From: a virus
Lineage: Duplodnaviria; Caudoviricetes
DNA: 64,000 nt
Strand: one strand, 5' to 3'
Virus record (IMG/VR): IMGVR_UViG_3300028048_000038
Span: 288,001-352,000 of that record
Shown: positions 1 to 9,927 of the stretch, one piece after another
How the letters are laid out: each line of letters begins with the position of its first letter
How positions within the stretch are numbered: position 1 is the stretch's first letter
Position numbers and translations under genes: made by a program
The notes under the pieces: generated by a model
Database searches by the model: none
Told to the model about the DNA's origin: nothing
Seen by the model: the letters and a program-made list of their open reading frames with translations, nothing else

Positions 1-681
1 GCGGTTGACAGTGAATCAGTATTACAGTCCATCAGAAATAAAAATAAAGTACGCATTAGATATGATGATGGACAAGCCGATAATGCTGGGAATCCAAAAG
101 GCACACGTGTCATCATGCCAATGGCAATAGGGACAACGAAGAAAGGATATCCAGTTGTCAGAGCATATCAAGAAGGTGGTGGGTCTCGTAGAGGTGTACC
201 AAAGTGGAAATTCTTTCGTCTTGATAGAATTACTTCTTGGACTCCATTGGTGAACAAGAAATTTAATGAACCCCCATTGGGTTATAATTTCAATGGTGAT
301 AGGACAATGGGCACATTTATTGACAATGCAAAGTTCAATGATTTTGTAAGTCCATTGGATAGACAAAGAATGCAATTCAGAAATGATGTTAAGATAGGTC
401 AACAGCAAAATACGTCAAAAGGTCCAGTTGAACAGCCAAGAGTTACGCAACAATGGAAGAAAAACGTCTATACATCTCAGCCTAATAGTAAAAAATATGA
501 TATGATTAGACAGAATATAGACAATACCCCCAAAAAAAATGATGACTTCTGGCGTCTCTTTGACCTCAATGATGCTGAAAAGGCATTAACTGAGCCACAG
601 AAAGGACCGATTGATAATGGTTATGATACAGATGATGTCGATTTTGACGAAAATGATTACGCAAACAATAATAGAAGATAA
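1..681 (+). CDS. WYL-like domain protein, 5'-truncated by window edge
   Basis: Frame of ORF 115..681 is open back to base 1. IRYDD..GTRVIMPMAIG..VRAYQ..WKFFRLDRI matches the WYL signature; acidic low-complexity tail. Confidence 0.6.
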   Translation, partial: AVDSESVLQSIRNKNKVRIRYDDGQADNAGNPKGTRVIMPMAIGTTKKGYPVVRAYQEGGGSRRGVPKWKFFRLDRITSWTPLVNKKFNEPPLGYNFNGDRTMGTFIDNAKFNDFVSPLDRQRMQFRNDVKIGQQQNTSKGPVEQPRVTQQWKKNVYTSQPNSKKYDMIRQNIDNTPKKNDDFWRLFDLNDAEKALTEPQKGPIDNGYDTDDVDFDENDYANNNRR

Positions 682-1373
682 TGGCAAATTTGACTGAAGA
701 ACAAAAGAAAGTTAGATTAAATGAATCCATGTCAAGGGCTGCAAAGCTCATGAAATTGGAGGCAAATGGTACTCTTGATAAAATAGCAGCAGGACATAAG
801 GATGGTATTAATGAATCACTTAATGGTGATACATTAACTAGTGATTTGATGACAACAGCTAGGAATAGAAAGACTCAAGCACCACCTTCATTCGGTGGAC
901 AGATGGGTGAAAACGCTGCAAACGTACCAGCCGCAATCAGAGAAGCATTCATGTCCAATCCAATAGACTATGGTTCATTAGGTGGCGGTATGGATGGAGA
1001 TTTATCATTCCTTACTGAAGGTCTAGATTTAATGCAACAACCACAAACTCAACAAGTGGTGACACCTCCACAGAACATCAGACAGATTGTTAATGAGGGT
1101 GTACAACAACAATATGCACCTCAACCACAGATGCAATACACAACAGCACCTCAGATTGATTATCCAATGATTAGGACAATTGTTGAGGAAATCGTAAGAA
1201 AGTATGCTGTTTCATTGAATAAGAAGATTGTGAATGAAGGTAAAGGTAACGAAATTAATACCATTGCTTTAGGTAAAAATTTCAGATTCCTAGCCTCAGA
1301 TGGTACAATATATGAATGCGTTATGAAGAAAGTAGGTAACGTAAATGATAAAAGAAAGAGTGTTAACGGTTAA
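681..1373 (+). CDS. hypothetical protein with multiple (L/I/V)xE helical motifs, probable virion/head protein
   Basis: 230 aa; LTEE, LNES, INES, IRQIVNEG, IRTIVEEIVRK; start overlaps upstream stop; followed by a terminator. Confidence 0.55.
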   Translation: MANLTEEQKKVRLNESMSRAAKLMKLEANGTLDKIAAGHKDGINESLNGDTLTSDLMTTARNRKTQAPPSFGGQMGENAANVPAAIREAFMSNPIDYGSLGGGMDGDLSFLTEGLDLMQQPQTQQVVTPPQNIRQIVNEGVQQQYAPQPQMQYTTAPQIDYPMIRTIVEEIVRKYAVSLNKKIVNEGKGNEINTIALGKNFRFLASDGTIYECVMKKVGNVNDKRKSVNG

Positions 1374-1386
1374 CACTCTTTTTTTT
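1355..1386 (+). terminator. intrinsic terminator
   Basis: aaagagtgttaa-cgg-ttaacactcttt followed by a T run. Confidence 0.8.
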
Positions 1387-1438
1387 GCTTTATATATTGA
1401 TTTATCCCTCAAATGTTTTTATTTTTTATAAAAAAAAT

Positions 1439-1903
1439 ATGATAGAGTATTTCGATGATGGACGTGTTAAAAGCGTAAAGGGTTATGGAATAACTTGTAA
1501 TATAGATATTGACTTTGATAATCCAGACCTTGAAAAAGTAAAGACAATAATGTTGAATGACTTTTCAAGAAAGTTAATGGCAATCCACAATGAACATATG
1601 TATGCAATGCCAAATGCCTTATTTATGTATGGTATTTTCGAGAGAAGATATTATGACGATATTTTCATGTCAATAACCAAAGAAGTTAAACGTGAAGTTG
1701 TTAATTTGACTGACACTAATTATATTGCCAATTATGTTTTCGAATATTTCAAAAAGTATTATAACGGTCCAGAAGAAATGATGCCAAAATCAGCAAAGGA
1801 AATTAAACGTTGGTTCTCAGCTAGTGAGTTTCCATTCATGTGGGCGACATTGTTCAGAAATATGGATGGAAAGGTTTCTATGGGCTATATGATTACAAGA
1901 TAA
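1439..1903 (+). CDS. hypothetical protein
   Basis: ORF track 1385..1903; ATG at 1439 after an A-rich leader is the more plausible start. Confidence 0.6.
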   Translation: MIEYFDDGRVKSVKGYGITCNIDIDFDNPDLEKVKTIMLNDFSRKLMAIHNEHMYAMPNALFMYGIFERRYYDDIFMSITKEVKREVVNLTDTNYIANYVFEYFKKYYNGPEEMMPKSAKEIKRWFSASEFPFMWATLFRNMDGKVSMGYMITR

Positions 1904-1927
1904 TAAATTATTTTAATATATTAAAAT

Positions 1928-3142
1928 ATGGATAAAAAAATTAAAATGTTGGTGATACCTAGTGATAGGACTGGTGTGGGTAAGTTCCGTTCAGTAGACC
2001 CACACACTTACATTCAAGAACATTATGGTGATGAATTCGATGTGGATATTGTTTACAGTATGCCAAACGGAGACCTTGAGGCTTTCTTAAAGCAATATGA
2101 CCTTATTCATATACACAAGCAACTTGATAAGCAGTGTAAGATTATGGATATGATTAAGTTCTTGGGTATACCAGTAATAATCGATGTTGATGACCACTTT
2201 AAACTTGGAGAAGACCACCCAATGTCACTTACGGCAAAGAAGGAAAAGTGGCATGAACCAATTATCAATCACTTGAAGAAAGCTGATTATGTTACAACTA
2301 CAACTCCAATCTTTGCCAATATACTTAAGAAGTATAATAAAAATGTGGCAGTGTTCCCAAATGCCATCAATCCAAACGAGGAACAATATACTGTTCCAAA
2401 GACACCGCCTACTGACAAACTTAGAGTTGGTATCATTTGTGGTTCTTCACACTTAAAGGACTTACAGTTACTTGATGGTATTGCAAAACAAATCGATAAG
2501 GATAAGGTACAGTTTGTACTATGTGGTTTCGATACAAGAGGTAATAGAACAATCTATAACCAACAAACTGGTGAGAAAACCACGAGACCAATATTACCAG
2601 AGGAGAGTGTATGGTGCGATTATGAGAAGATTTTTACAGACAATTATAATAATGTATCACCAGAACATAAGGAATTCCTTTTGAAGTATGTTGCGAATGT
2701 TGATGACCCATTCACAAATGAGCCATATCGTAGAATGTGGACTAGGGATATTAACAAATATGCTACGCATTATGCCAATGTTGATGTACTTATAGCACCC
2801 CTAAAGGAAAACGAATTTAATAGTGTTAAATCTGAACTAAAGGAAATTGAGTGCGGATTTACTCATACTGCATTTATCGGACAGAACTTTGGCGCATACA
2901 CCATTAACCTAGCCCCAATGATTGAGAAAGGTGGTAAGATTAATGAGGAAGGTACTGCACTATTAGTTGATTCAAGAAAGAATCATAAGGATTGGGCTAA
3001 ATACATCAATAAGCTTGCTAATGATAGGGATATGCTTAAGAAGCTACAAGACAATTTGTATAACTTCGTAAAAGATAGATATTCACTTGAGACAGTTTGC
3101 AAGCAGAGAGTTGAGCTATATAAGCAAATAGCTAAGAAATAA
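1928..3142 (+). CDS. glycosyltransferase (GT-B / GT4-like)
   Basis: IIDVDDH..ADYVTTTT..VFPNAI..DVLIAPL..FNSVKSELK.IE pattern of phage GT-B enzymes. Confidence 0.8.
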   Translation: MDKKIKMLVIPSDRTGVGKFRSVDPHTYIQEHYGDEFDVDIVYSMPNGDLEAFLKQYDLIHIHKQLDKQCKIMDMIKFLGIPVIIDVDDHFKLGEDHPMSLTAKKEKWHEPIINHLKKADYVTTTTPIFANILKKYNKNVAVFPNAINPNEEQYTVPKTPPTDKLRVGIICGSSHLKDLQLLDGIAKQIDKDKVQFVLCGFDTRGNRTIYNQQTGEKTTRPILPEESVWCDYEKIFTDNYNNVSPEHKEFLLKYVANVDDPFTNEPYRRMWTRDINKYATHYANVDVLIAPLKENEFNSVKSELKEIECGFTHTAFIGQNFGAYTINLAPMIEKGGKINEEGTALLVDSRKNHKDWAKYINKLANDRDMLKKLQDNLYNFVKDRYSLETVCKQRVELYKQIAKK

Positions 3143-3145
3143 AGC

Positions 3146-3183
3146 AAAAAGAGTGGGGATTGTTCCTCACTCTTTATTTTTTT
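3146..3183. terminator. bidirectional terminator between convergent genes
   Basis: aaaaagagtgggga-ttgt-tcctcactcttt, flanked by A and T runs. Confidence 0.75.
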
Positions 3184-3556
3184 ACACATTTTCCTTAAGG
3201 TATTTGTTAATTGATTCTGTAATGGCTTTATTAATCTTACCTTCAAATTGTTTAGCCTTTTCCCAAGAAATAGTGTTATCTTCAGCATTACCTCTAGGAC
3301 TCAAAGCCTTACCAAATTCTTCTCTATCCTCTGGAAATGCTCTTCCAACTTCCTCTTGGTCTGCAAATTGTCTATCAAGACCTCTTGATATTGGATTATC
3401 TGTTCCAATGGTTGCTGCTGCACCCAAGCCAAGTGCTGCGCCAAGTCCTGCTGTCTTAAGGGCATCCTTGCCCCAACCTTCTTCAACTGTACGTCTTACA
3501 GTTTCTTCTACGATTTTATGTAAATCTGATTCTGTTAATCTTATAATCTGTGTCAT
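3182..3556 (-). CDS. small protein with N-terminal IIRLTESDLH tag, probable internal virion protein
   Basis: MTQIIRLTESDLHKIVEETVRRTVEE; Ala/Gly hydrophobic segment; C-terminal ITESINKYLKE; ATATTTATA motif 20 nt upstream. Confidence 0.6.
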   Translation of the reverse strand: MTQIIRLTESDLHKIVEETVRRTVEEGWGKDALKTAGLGAALGLGAAATIGTDNPISRGLDRQFADQEEVGRAFPEDREEFGKALSPRGNAEDNTISWEKAKQFEGKINKAITESINKYLKENV

Positions 3557-3586
3557 AATTAAATATGTATTTTAATATAAATATCA

Positions 3587-5062
3587 TTAAGCTTTAAATT
3601 CTGATTGGTCAACTGGTGAACATTGTATTATATGTTCAATCAGTAATTTGATTTTTTTAAATGTATTCTTATTAGTATATATGAAACCGTATTTTTCATT
3701 ATCAATCACAGCTTTTTTGGATATTGCAGAATCTAATAGATAAATTAAGTTAACTTTTCCATCAGATTTTTCTTTTTTCTTTTTATCTCGTTCTATATTA
3801 ATACCTAATGAGTTTTTATTATTCCAACCACCATCAATAAAATGCTGTTTTCCTTGACATTCAATGGCAATATTATAATCTGGTAAATAAAAATCAAAAT
3901 GTTGTAGTCCTAACCAAAGAAAATGCTTACCATTCACATAGTTAATATGATTTTCTTCTAGTGTTAATCTAGTGTTACGCTCTAATGAAGATTCTTTACA
4001 TTTAGGACAACCATGACCATTGCCACTTATATGAACCGAAGGCTTCATCCAAAACTCTCCATGAATCGGACATATCATTCTCATATCTGTTCTATAATTT
4101 ACAAATGTATCTTTATCATAAATATATTTGTACCCATGTTTGTTTCTAGCCTCTTGTATAAAGACTTCGAATGGCTTTTTTTTAGGGTTTATTTTGTTTT
4201 CTTTCATACATTCCTTACATCCAGAACCGCTTAAATGGCGGTAAGCAAGAATTTTAAAATATCCATGTTTTTTACATTTAACAACTACATCACTATGGGC
4301 ATCAATATACACAGTATTTTCATCATAAATCCACTTATCGTTATGGACTATTTTTGCTTTTTTAATAAATGATTCCGTATCATGAACTCTGTTTTGAAGA
4401 ATTGGTTTTTTAGAACTTAAAATTGATAAGGGTGTTGTTATTATTCTACACCCTTCATGAATTAGCGTTAAATTAGTGGTGTTATTAACATATATTGTTT
4501 CAGATGTATCATAAAAATATGGAAATTTCTCGTTAAGTTTTTTTATAAAACTTTCAGTATCATGGACATAGTTTTTAATGTAATTTTCATGCCTTTCTTT
4601 TGCATGTTGGATATTTTTTTCCTTAGACTTCTTGACACAATTTGGGCAATTCCATTTGTTTCTCCTTGGTGTTAGAAATAAAGCTGGTCTCTCCCAAAAG
4701 TCTTTTCCGCACACATTACAAGTAAAACATACTCTACCTTTTTCATCACGATTTAAAGAGTCAACTTTATCATATGAATATCTATTTCCATATAGTTCTT
4801 TCCCTCGCTTTATAATTTCTTCAGTTGGTGTTTTTGCCTCATTATGAGATTTTTTATGGGCACATTTAGGGCAACCAACTTTGCATAAATTTATGAAATT
4901 ATCTGGTCTAACTTCCCATTCATAACCACAAGTATTACACTTTATTAGTATTTTAGTTTTGTTATCTTTATACTCGCCTAAAACACTATATTTACCAATA
5001 CCATATTTAGCATCAATTTTTCCTATAAAATTATCTTTTTTATCTATAATATTTAACTTCAT
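3587..5062 (-). CDS. free-standing homing-endonuclease-like protein (repeated Zn-ribbon modules plus Vsr/PD-(D/E)XK nuclease)
   Basis: Repeated CxxC/CxxHG..F..H..G.GCxxC modules; C-terminal FDFYLPDYNIAIECQGKQH..RDKKK. Confidence 0.8.
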   Translation of the reverse strand: MKLNIIDKKDNFIGKIDAKYGIGKYSVLGEYKDNKTKILIKCNTCGYEWEVRPDNFINLCKVGCPKCAHKKSHNEAKTPTEEIIKRGKELYGNRYSYDKVDSLNRDEKGRVCFTCNVCGKDFWERPALFLTPRRNKWNCPNCVKKSKEKNIQHAKERHENYIKNYVHDTESFIKKLNEKFPYFYDTSETIYVNNTTNLTLIHEGCRIITTPLSILSSKKPILQNRVHDTESFIKKAKIVHNDKWIYDENTVYIDAHSDVVVKCKKHGYFKILAYRHLSGSGCKECMKENKINPKKKPFEVFIQEARNKHGYKYIYDKDTFVNYRTDMRMICPIHGEFWMKPSVHISGNGHGCPKCKESSLERNTRLTLEENHINYVNGKHFLWLGLQHFDFYLPDYNIAIECQGKQHFIDGGWNNKNSLGINIERDKKKKEKSDGKVNLIYLLDSAISKKAVIDNEKYGFIYTNKNTFKKIKLLIEHIIQCSPVDQSEFKA

Positions 5063-5114
5063 TTATATATAAATATTATGAATTTCAAAATAATCTTTAA
5101 ATAATTAATAGAAA

Positions 5115-5654
5115 TTATGTTGTAAATTCTGAAGAATCAACACTATAGCCTTCCCACGTAACCCATAAACTAGTTGTACCCCATAAGCTATGGGCATTAG
5201 CATATCCATTGTTAATTGCATTGAGAACAAAATATTCAGAGTGTTCTGGCGTAACTTGTACCATAATATAGTCTCCTTTTTTGGCATCGACATTAAGTTC
5301 TTTTAATGTCTCTGGATAAACACCAATCGTTATCTTTCCTGGCTTCATATAAGTGCCAAGTTGTTTTGACTTATCATATGATTTTAATTCTGGTTCTTCA
5401 ATCTTATATGTGCATGGAATTTCAATTGGTGTCTTGAATGCCACGTTATCTGTATCTGTTTCCCCATACACAGCATCTGTCTGTGTTTGCGAAGCATCTA
5501 CTTGATAGAGCACAACAGTTTGTCCCATATCTTGTTCGATATAGTCCTTTCCTATTTCTCTCTCCAATGCAAACATTTCCGCATCGTAGAATAGACTGTT
5601 TCTATTAATAGGAACACGTCTTACATTATTTGTATTAAACTTTAAACTAGCCAC
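5115..5654 (-). CDS. putative neck/head-closure protein (T4 gp14-like)
   Basis: IEQDMGQTVVLYQVD..DAVYGE..F..P.EI..KKGDYI resembles head-closure proteins; GTG start. Confidence 0.55.
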   Translation of the reverse strand: MASLKFNTNNVRRVPINRNSLFYDAEMFALEREIGKDYIEQDMGQTVVLYQVDASQTQTDAVYGETDTDNVAFKTPIEIPCTYKIEEPELKSYDKSKQLGTYMKPGKITIGVYPETLKELNVDAKKGDYIMVQVTPEHSEYFVLNAINNGYANAHSLWGTTSLWVTWEGYSVDSSEFTT

Positions 5655-6396
5655 GATAATATCCCTCCCAATTTTCTAAGTTCATTCCAGCATCGAGAAT
5701 TACAATCATTGGTTTGCCATCTCTATTCACGATGCCATAATTCTCTGGTTTAGTTAAATCACCAATTTGTGTGTTCATGATGAACTCCTTAAGTTGTTTC
5801 AACCAAGGGTTTTTCCTTATATATTCTTCTATTTCCTTATGATAATAACCTTCGCCAATAGTATAATTTGTCTCAAGATAGCATACTATATCATATACGT
5901 CATAAGGAACTTCATTATAACTTCCTTTTGGATTTTCAAAGTAATTAATATATTCAGAACCCATTTGATTATAATACCTATAATAGAATGGTATATCTAT
6001 AATCTTTTCAAAATCAATGTCTTGTGCTGGTACAACATTCTCACAAATTACATATGAAAAATTCTCATCATTTCCGAATATTCTAACCAACAATGGAGAT
6101 TGTGTGTCTTCATATAGTTGGCACTCAAGACGATTCTGAGCTTTACCAGCTTCATATCTGCCATTCGCCAACTTTAGTACTAGGTTATCACTCAACATGA
6201 AGACACATCTAGAAGAGCCTTGCGCAACTGGTTCTCCTAACCATTTCCTACAATATTCAAATTGTAACTTTCCATTATATTCCTCATCAGAAAAAGCGTC
6301 ATTTCCAAGCACAGATAGTTCGTCAAATGAGAAACCTTCCCTATATGCTTCAAATAATCTTTTCTTTTGAGATTCGTTTATTTTAACTATTTTCAT
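5647..6396 (-). CDS. protein-kinase-fold enzyme with N-terminal INES tag
   Basis: Gly-loop QGSSRCVF, VLKLA lysine, QNRLE helix-C Glu, GDLTKPENYG catalytic loop, ILDAG (DFG equivalent). Confidence 0.7.
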   Translation of the reverse strand: MKIVKINESQKKRLFEAYREGFSFDELSVLGNDAFSDEEYNGKLQFEYCRKWLGEPVAQGSSRCVFMLSDNLVLKLANGRYEAGKAQNRLECQLYEDTQSPLLVRIFGNDENFSYVICENVVPAQDIDFEKIIDIPFYYRYYNQMGSEYINYFENPKGSYNEVPYDVYDIVCYLETNYTIGEGYYHKEIEEYIRKNPWLKQLKEFIMNTQIGDLTKPENYGIVNRDGKPMIVILDAGMNLENWEGYYRG

Positions 6397-6500
6397 TATA
6401 AAATATAAATATTTCTTATAAATATCTACATTTTTTCATTTAAAATACTTGATTTTTTCAAAAATATTTTTATATTTTATCAAAGATAAAATATAAAAAT

Positions 6501-8456
6501 ATGGCACTTTCTTTAACAAAAATTGAAAAAGCATATGAATTACTTAAGAATTATAAAGGTGATAATTCTTATATAATTAAGCTCAAAAACATTGCAATTG
6601 CTTATCAAACGAGAGCATTAAATGATTTTGAGTCTGAATATATTTTGTCAAATTACGAGAGAGAACCAAAGGAAATAAATAAGATTGTAAAAATTGCTGA
6701 TTGGTACGGTGAAAAGCTACAAGGTGATTTGGGAATTGATTTTGTGCCAAAGGTGTTGAAAATAACTTGGTTTCTAGGGGAGATGGATAACTTGTATCAC
6801 TTCTATATCATTTACAGAAGGTCACAAGAAAAAGCAATTGAAATATTTGCGCCAAAGAAGGCAATATTGACAGATTTCTTGATGGAAGACTATCATGATT
6901 ATCCATTCAATGTTGATAAATATATAACTGACAAAAGAACGCCTATGTCACATCAAATAGATGCAGCAAAATTTATGTTATCTAGGAAAAGGTGTATTAT
7001 ATCGGACGAACAAGGAAGTGGAAAGAGCTTCTCAGCCATTTTAGCAGCCCTAGAAGGCAATTTTAAACATGTGTTGATAATCTCCCCATCGTCAGTTAAG
7101 AAAACATGGGAGAAGGAATTAAAACTGCTTGTAGATGAAAATGACATTACAATTGTTCAAGGTTCGAAGTGGGATGACGCAAAGTTTACAATCATCAATT
7201 TTGACGTTCTTGACAATTTTTATGAAATTCCAGAACAAACGGTTAAAACTAGTGAGCTTAACGTTGATGATAATGGTAATGTTATAAGAGAATATAAAGA
7301 TAAAAAAATCGTCTCTAGGAGCAAGAAAATAATCGAGGAGGCAATGAGTAATAGCCAATTATTTCAGAGCCACTACGACCTTGTAATCATCGATGAGGCG
7401 CATAGATTATCCAATAACACATCAAATAGATTTAAGATAATTGCTGATTTGCTTAAAAGGAGTAACCCAAGGGGTATATTTGAGCTTACTGGAACTATGG
7501 TCACTAACACATCTAGAAACTTATATAATCTTTTAAAACTTATTGGTGTTCCAATTACCAACGATTGGCAATATTATATGGAACGTTATTGTGGAGCAAA
7601 ATTCTACTTTAAAAAGAATGAAAAAAAAGCTTACACAGCAATGTACTTAAAAGAAAAAGAAAAGGGTTCTTGGTATGATTTAACATATGATGAAAAAGCT
7701 GAATTAGACAAAATATTAGAAAAAAAATGTAAGAAATTATGTATCTTTGGTGAAGATACAAATATGGAAGAACTTCAAGAAATCATTAAGCCATATTACC
7801 TCAGACGTTTAAAAACTGATTTTGCTGAGATGAAAGGCAAAACTATTAAATGCATTCATTATGAGATGAGTGAAGAAGAAAAAAGGTCTTATGATGAATT
7901 ATGGGAGAAGTACCTTGAATTACAAGAAGATAAGGAAAAAACAGAAAAGAATAAGAAGCTTATTGAGGTCTCATTAATGCGACAATGGCTTGCTGATAAG
8001 ATGATTCCAAAGACAATAGACCTTGTTAGGAAGTGCATCGATGTGGGAAGAAAGGTAATCATATTCTGCGCTTATGATAATGAAATTAAGAAACTAACTG
8101 AAGAATTTAAAGATATATGTGTATATCATAATGGAAAACTCAATGAAAAAAAGAAAAACGATGCAGTCGAAAGATTCCAAAATGATGATGGAATTAAAGT
8201 ATTTATTGGAAACATATTTTCAGCTGGGGTTGGTCTAACGCTTACTAAAGCATCTGTAGTTGTTTTCAATAATTTCTCATTTGTCCCTAGTGATAACTTA
8301 CAATGTGAAGATAGGATATACCGCATAGGACAAGAAAAACATTGTACCATTTACTATCAGTCATTTAATGGCACATATTTTGACAAGATGCTTGAAATCG
8401 TACACAATAAAGAAGATGTTATAAATAAGATTATTGTAACAGAAAAAGAAAAATAA
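6501..8456 (+). CDS. SNF2/SF2 helicase
   Basis: DEQGSGKS Walker A, IIDEAH, LTGT, YLRRLK, AGVGLTL, QCEDRIYRIGQ. Confidence 0.92.
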   Translation: MALSLTKIEKAYELLKNYKGDNSYIIKLKNIAIAYQTRALNDFESEYILSNYEREPKEINKIVKIADWYGEKLQGDLGIDFVPKVLKITWFLGEMDNLYHFYIIYRRSQEKAIEIFAPKKAILTDFLMEDYHDYPFNVDKYITDKRTPMSHQIDAAKFMLSRKRCIISDEQGSGKSFSAILAALEGNFKHVLIISPSSVKKTWEKELKLLVDENDITIVQGSKWDDAKFTIINFDVLDNFYEIPEQTVKTSELNVDDNGNVIREYKDKKIVSRSKKIIEEAMSNSQLFQSHYDLVIIDEAHRLSNNTSNRFKIIADLLKRSNPRGIFELTGTMVTNTSRNLYNLLKLIGVPITNDWQYYMERYCGAKFYFKKNEKKAYTAMYLKEKEKGSWYDLTYDEKAELDKILEKKCKKLCIFGEDTNMEELQEIIKPYYLRRLKTDFAEMKGKTIKCIHYEMSEEEKRSYDELWEKYLELQEDKEKTEKNKKLIEVSLMRQWLADKMIPKTIDLVRKCIDVGRKVIIFCAYDNEIKKLTEEFKDICVYHNGKLNEKKKNDAVERFQNDDGIKVFIGNIFSAGVGLTLTKASVVVFNNFSFVPSDNLQCEDRIYRIGQEKHCTIYYQSFNGTYFDKMLEIVHNKEDVINKIIVTEKEK

Positions 8457-8496
8457 TGTTTATTTCTTCTATTATTAACTATATTTTTTAAAAAAA

Positions 8497-8643
8497 ATGA
8501 GCATTGATAAGGGAATTTATAATAATGGTGTCAAAGGACTCTTGAGTTTATGGGAGATTGAATCATTGCCAAGAGACTATGAGGTATACAAGTCTATGTT
8601 TCGTGATGCAACTAAGAGAAGAGAAAGTGATAAACAAAATTGA
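8497..8643 (+). CDS. small hypothetical protein (48 aa) whose stop codon is supplied by the IS right end
   Basis: Hand translation MSIDKGIYNN..RRESDKQN*; A-rich leader; below the ORF-track size cutoff. Confidence 0.45.
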   Translation: MSIDKGIYNNGVKGLLSLWEIESLPRDYEVYKSMFRDATKRRESDKQN

Positions 8644-9927
8644 CATACTCTCCTCGCTAAAGCAAGGAGATTCTTGACTCAAACGCAACCGCCTCGAAAC
8701 CAAGTGGTTCGATGGTCTTACCATTGCTCGTCAATTCGTAGATGCCCCTACGAAGTATCATTTCAGCAGCATGAACGTCACGGTCATGGACTTGCCCACA
8801 ATGTGGGCACACCCAACTCCTATCGTTCAAACTGAGATTGTCATTCTTATAACCACAGTCACATAACTTGCTGCTTGGAAACCACTTGTCAATCTTATGC
8901 ACAGTGCAGCCATACTTGGTTGCAACTTGTTCCAAGATGCTGACAAACTGTGCGTGAGCAAGGTCATTCATCTTGCAACCCCATAAGCGAGACATTCCAC
9001 TGAGGCACAAGACCTCAATGAATATACTGTCATAACGCTTGCATAACTCATGAGCAAGCTTCCATTGGAAGTCATTACGTTTGTTGGCAACTGACTCATA
9101 GAGTCTGCACAAGGAAAGCCTTGCTTGCTCCTTGTGATTGCTGCCACTGATACAACGAGAATGCTTCTCAGAGGCTTTCCTAATCCTTCTGAGGTCTTTC
9201 TTAAGGAACTGTGGGTTGTTTACCTTCTCACCATTTGAAAGGGTCAGATACGTCTTAAGACCAAAGTCAATGCCAATGCTTGCACCATCGTGTGTCTTAG
9301 CATAGCTCTTAGGACTTGCGTCTGTTATGACGTAAATGTACCATTCATTAAGGTGGGAACGCTTAACTCTCACTTGTTTAACCTTACCATCGTAAGGACG
9401 AGACAAGGAGAACTTGTAATCCTTCTTGCAAGAGTTAACGTGGAACACGTTACCACACAAGGAGAAGCCTCCTTGTTTATAACAGAAGGAAGCGAAGTCA
9501 GCAGTTCTTTTGAACTTTGGAGGTCTCTTTGCAAGGTGTTTGAAGAACCTTGCATATGCAGCATCAAGGCGTTGCAAGACCTCTTGTGCTGACTGCGAAT
9601 GAAGGTATGTGCGCTTGATGCGCTTTGCAAAATGCCTCTGCATTGCAGCGCAAGAAACGTATTTACCGTAGAGTCGGTAGTATCGTTTTTGTAGCGCAAG
9701 AGCGTGATTCCATACAAAGCAAGCCTCAGACAACATATTGTCCAAGTGACTTGTGTTTTTAGTTCTGTATTTGTATGAAATCATAGTCTTCAATATTTGT
9801 TGTTACAAAGTAACAATAAATATTGCGATGAATTGAAAAGTTATTAAAAATTAGAAAAAAAAAAATAAATAATTTTTCCCAATTCATCCCACGCCTAAAG
9901 GCAGTGGGCTTTCTTGGGAATTTTTTC
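8640..9927 (-). mobile_element. IS200/IS605-family tnpB-only (IS1341-type) insertion sequence
   Basis: Minus strand left end TTAC|gaaaaaattcccaagAAAG-cccactgcctttaggcgtggg; right end GAAT-ctccttgctttagcgaggag-agtatg-TCAA. Visibly higher GC than the flanks; no tnpA. Confidence 0.88.
8657..9793 (-). CDS. tnpB: RNA-guided endonuclease TnpB
   Basis: RuvC-I IGIDFGLK, RuvC-II FIE, Zn ribbon CDCG..CPHCG, RuvC-III DRDVHAA; all three acidic residues present. Confidence 0.93.
   Translation of the reverse strand: MKTMISYKYRTKNTSHLDNMLSEACFVWNHALALQKRYYRLYGKYVSCAAMQRHFAKRIKRTYLHSQSAQEVLQRLDAAYARFFKHLAKRPPKFKRTADFASFCYKQGGFSLCGNVFHVNSCKKDYKFSLSRPYDGKVKQVRVKRSHLNEWYIYVITDASPKSYAKTHDGASIGIDFGLKTYLTLSNGEKVNNPQFLKKDLRRIRKASEKHSRCISGSNHKEQARLSLCRLYESVANKRNDFQWKLAHELCKRYDSIFIEVLCLSGMSRLWGCKMNDLAHAQFVSILEQVATKYGCTVHKIDKWFPSSKLCDCGYKNDNLSLNDRSWVCPHCGQVHDRDVHAAEMILRRGIYELTSNGKTIEPLGFEAVAFESRISLL

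Noticed and set aside
8640-9927. IStron or catalytically dead TnpB (TldR)
   Set aside because: There is no room for a group I intron (about 130 bp of left end), and all three RuvC acidic residues are present.
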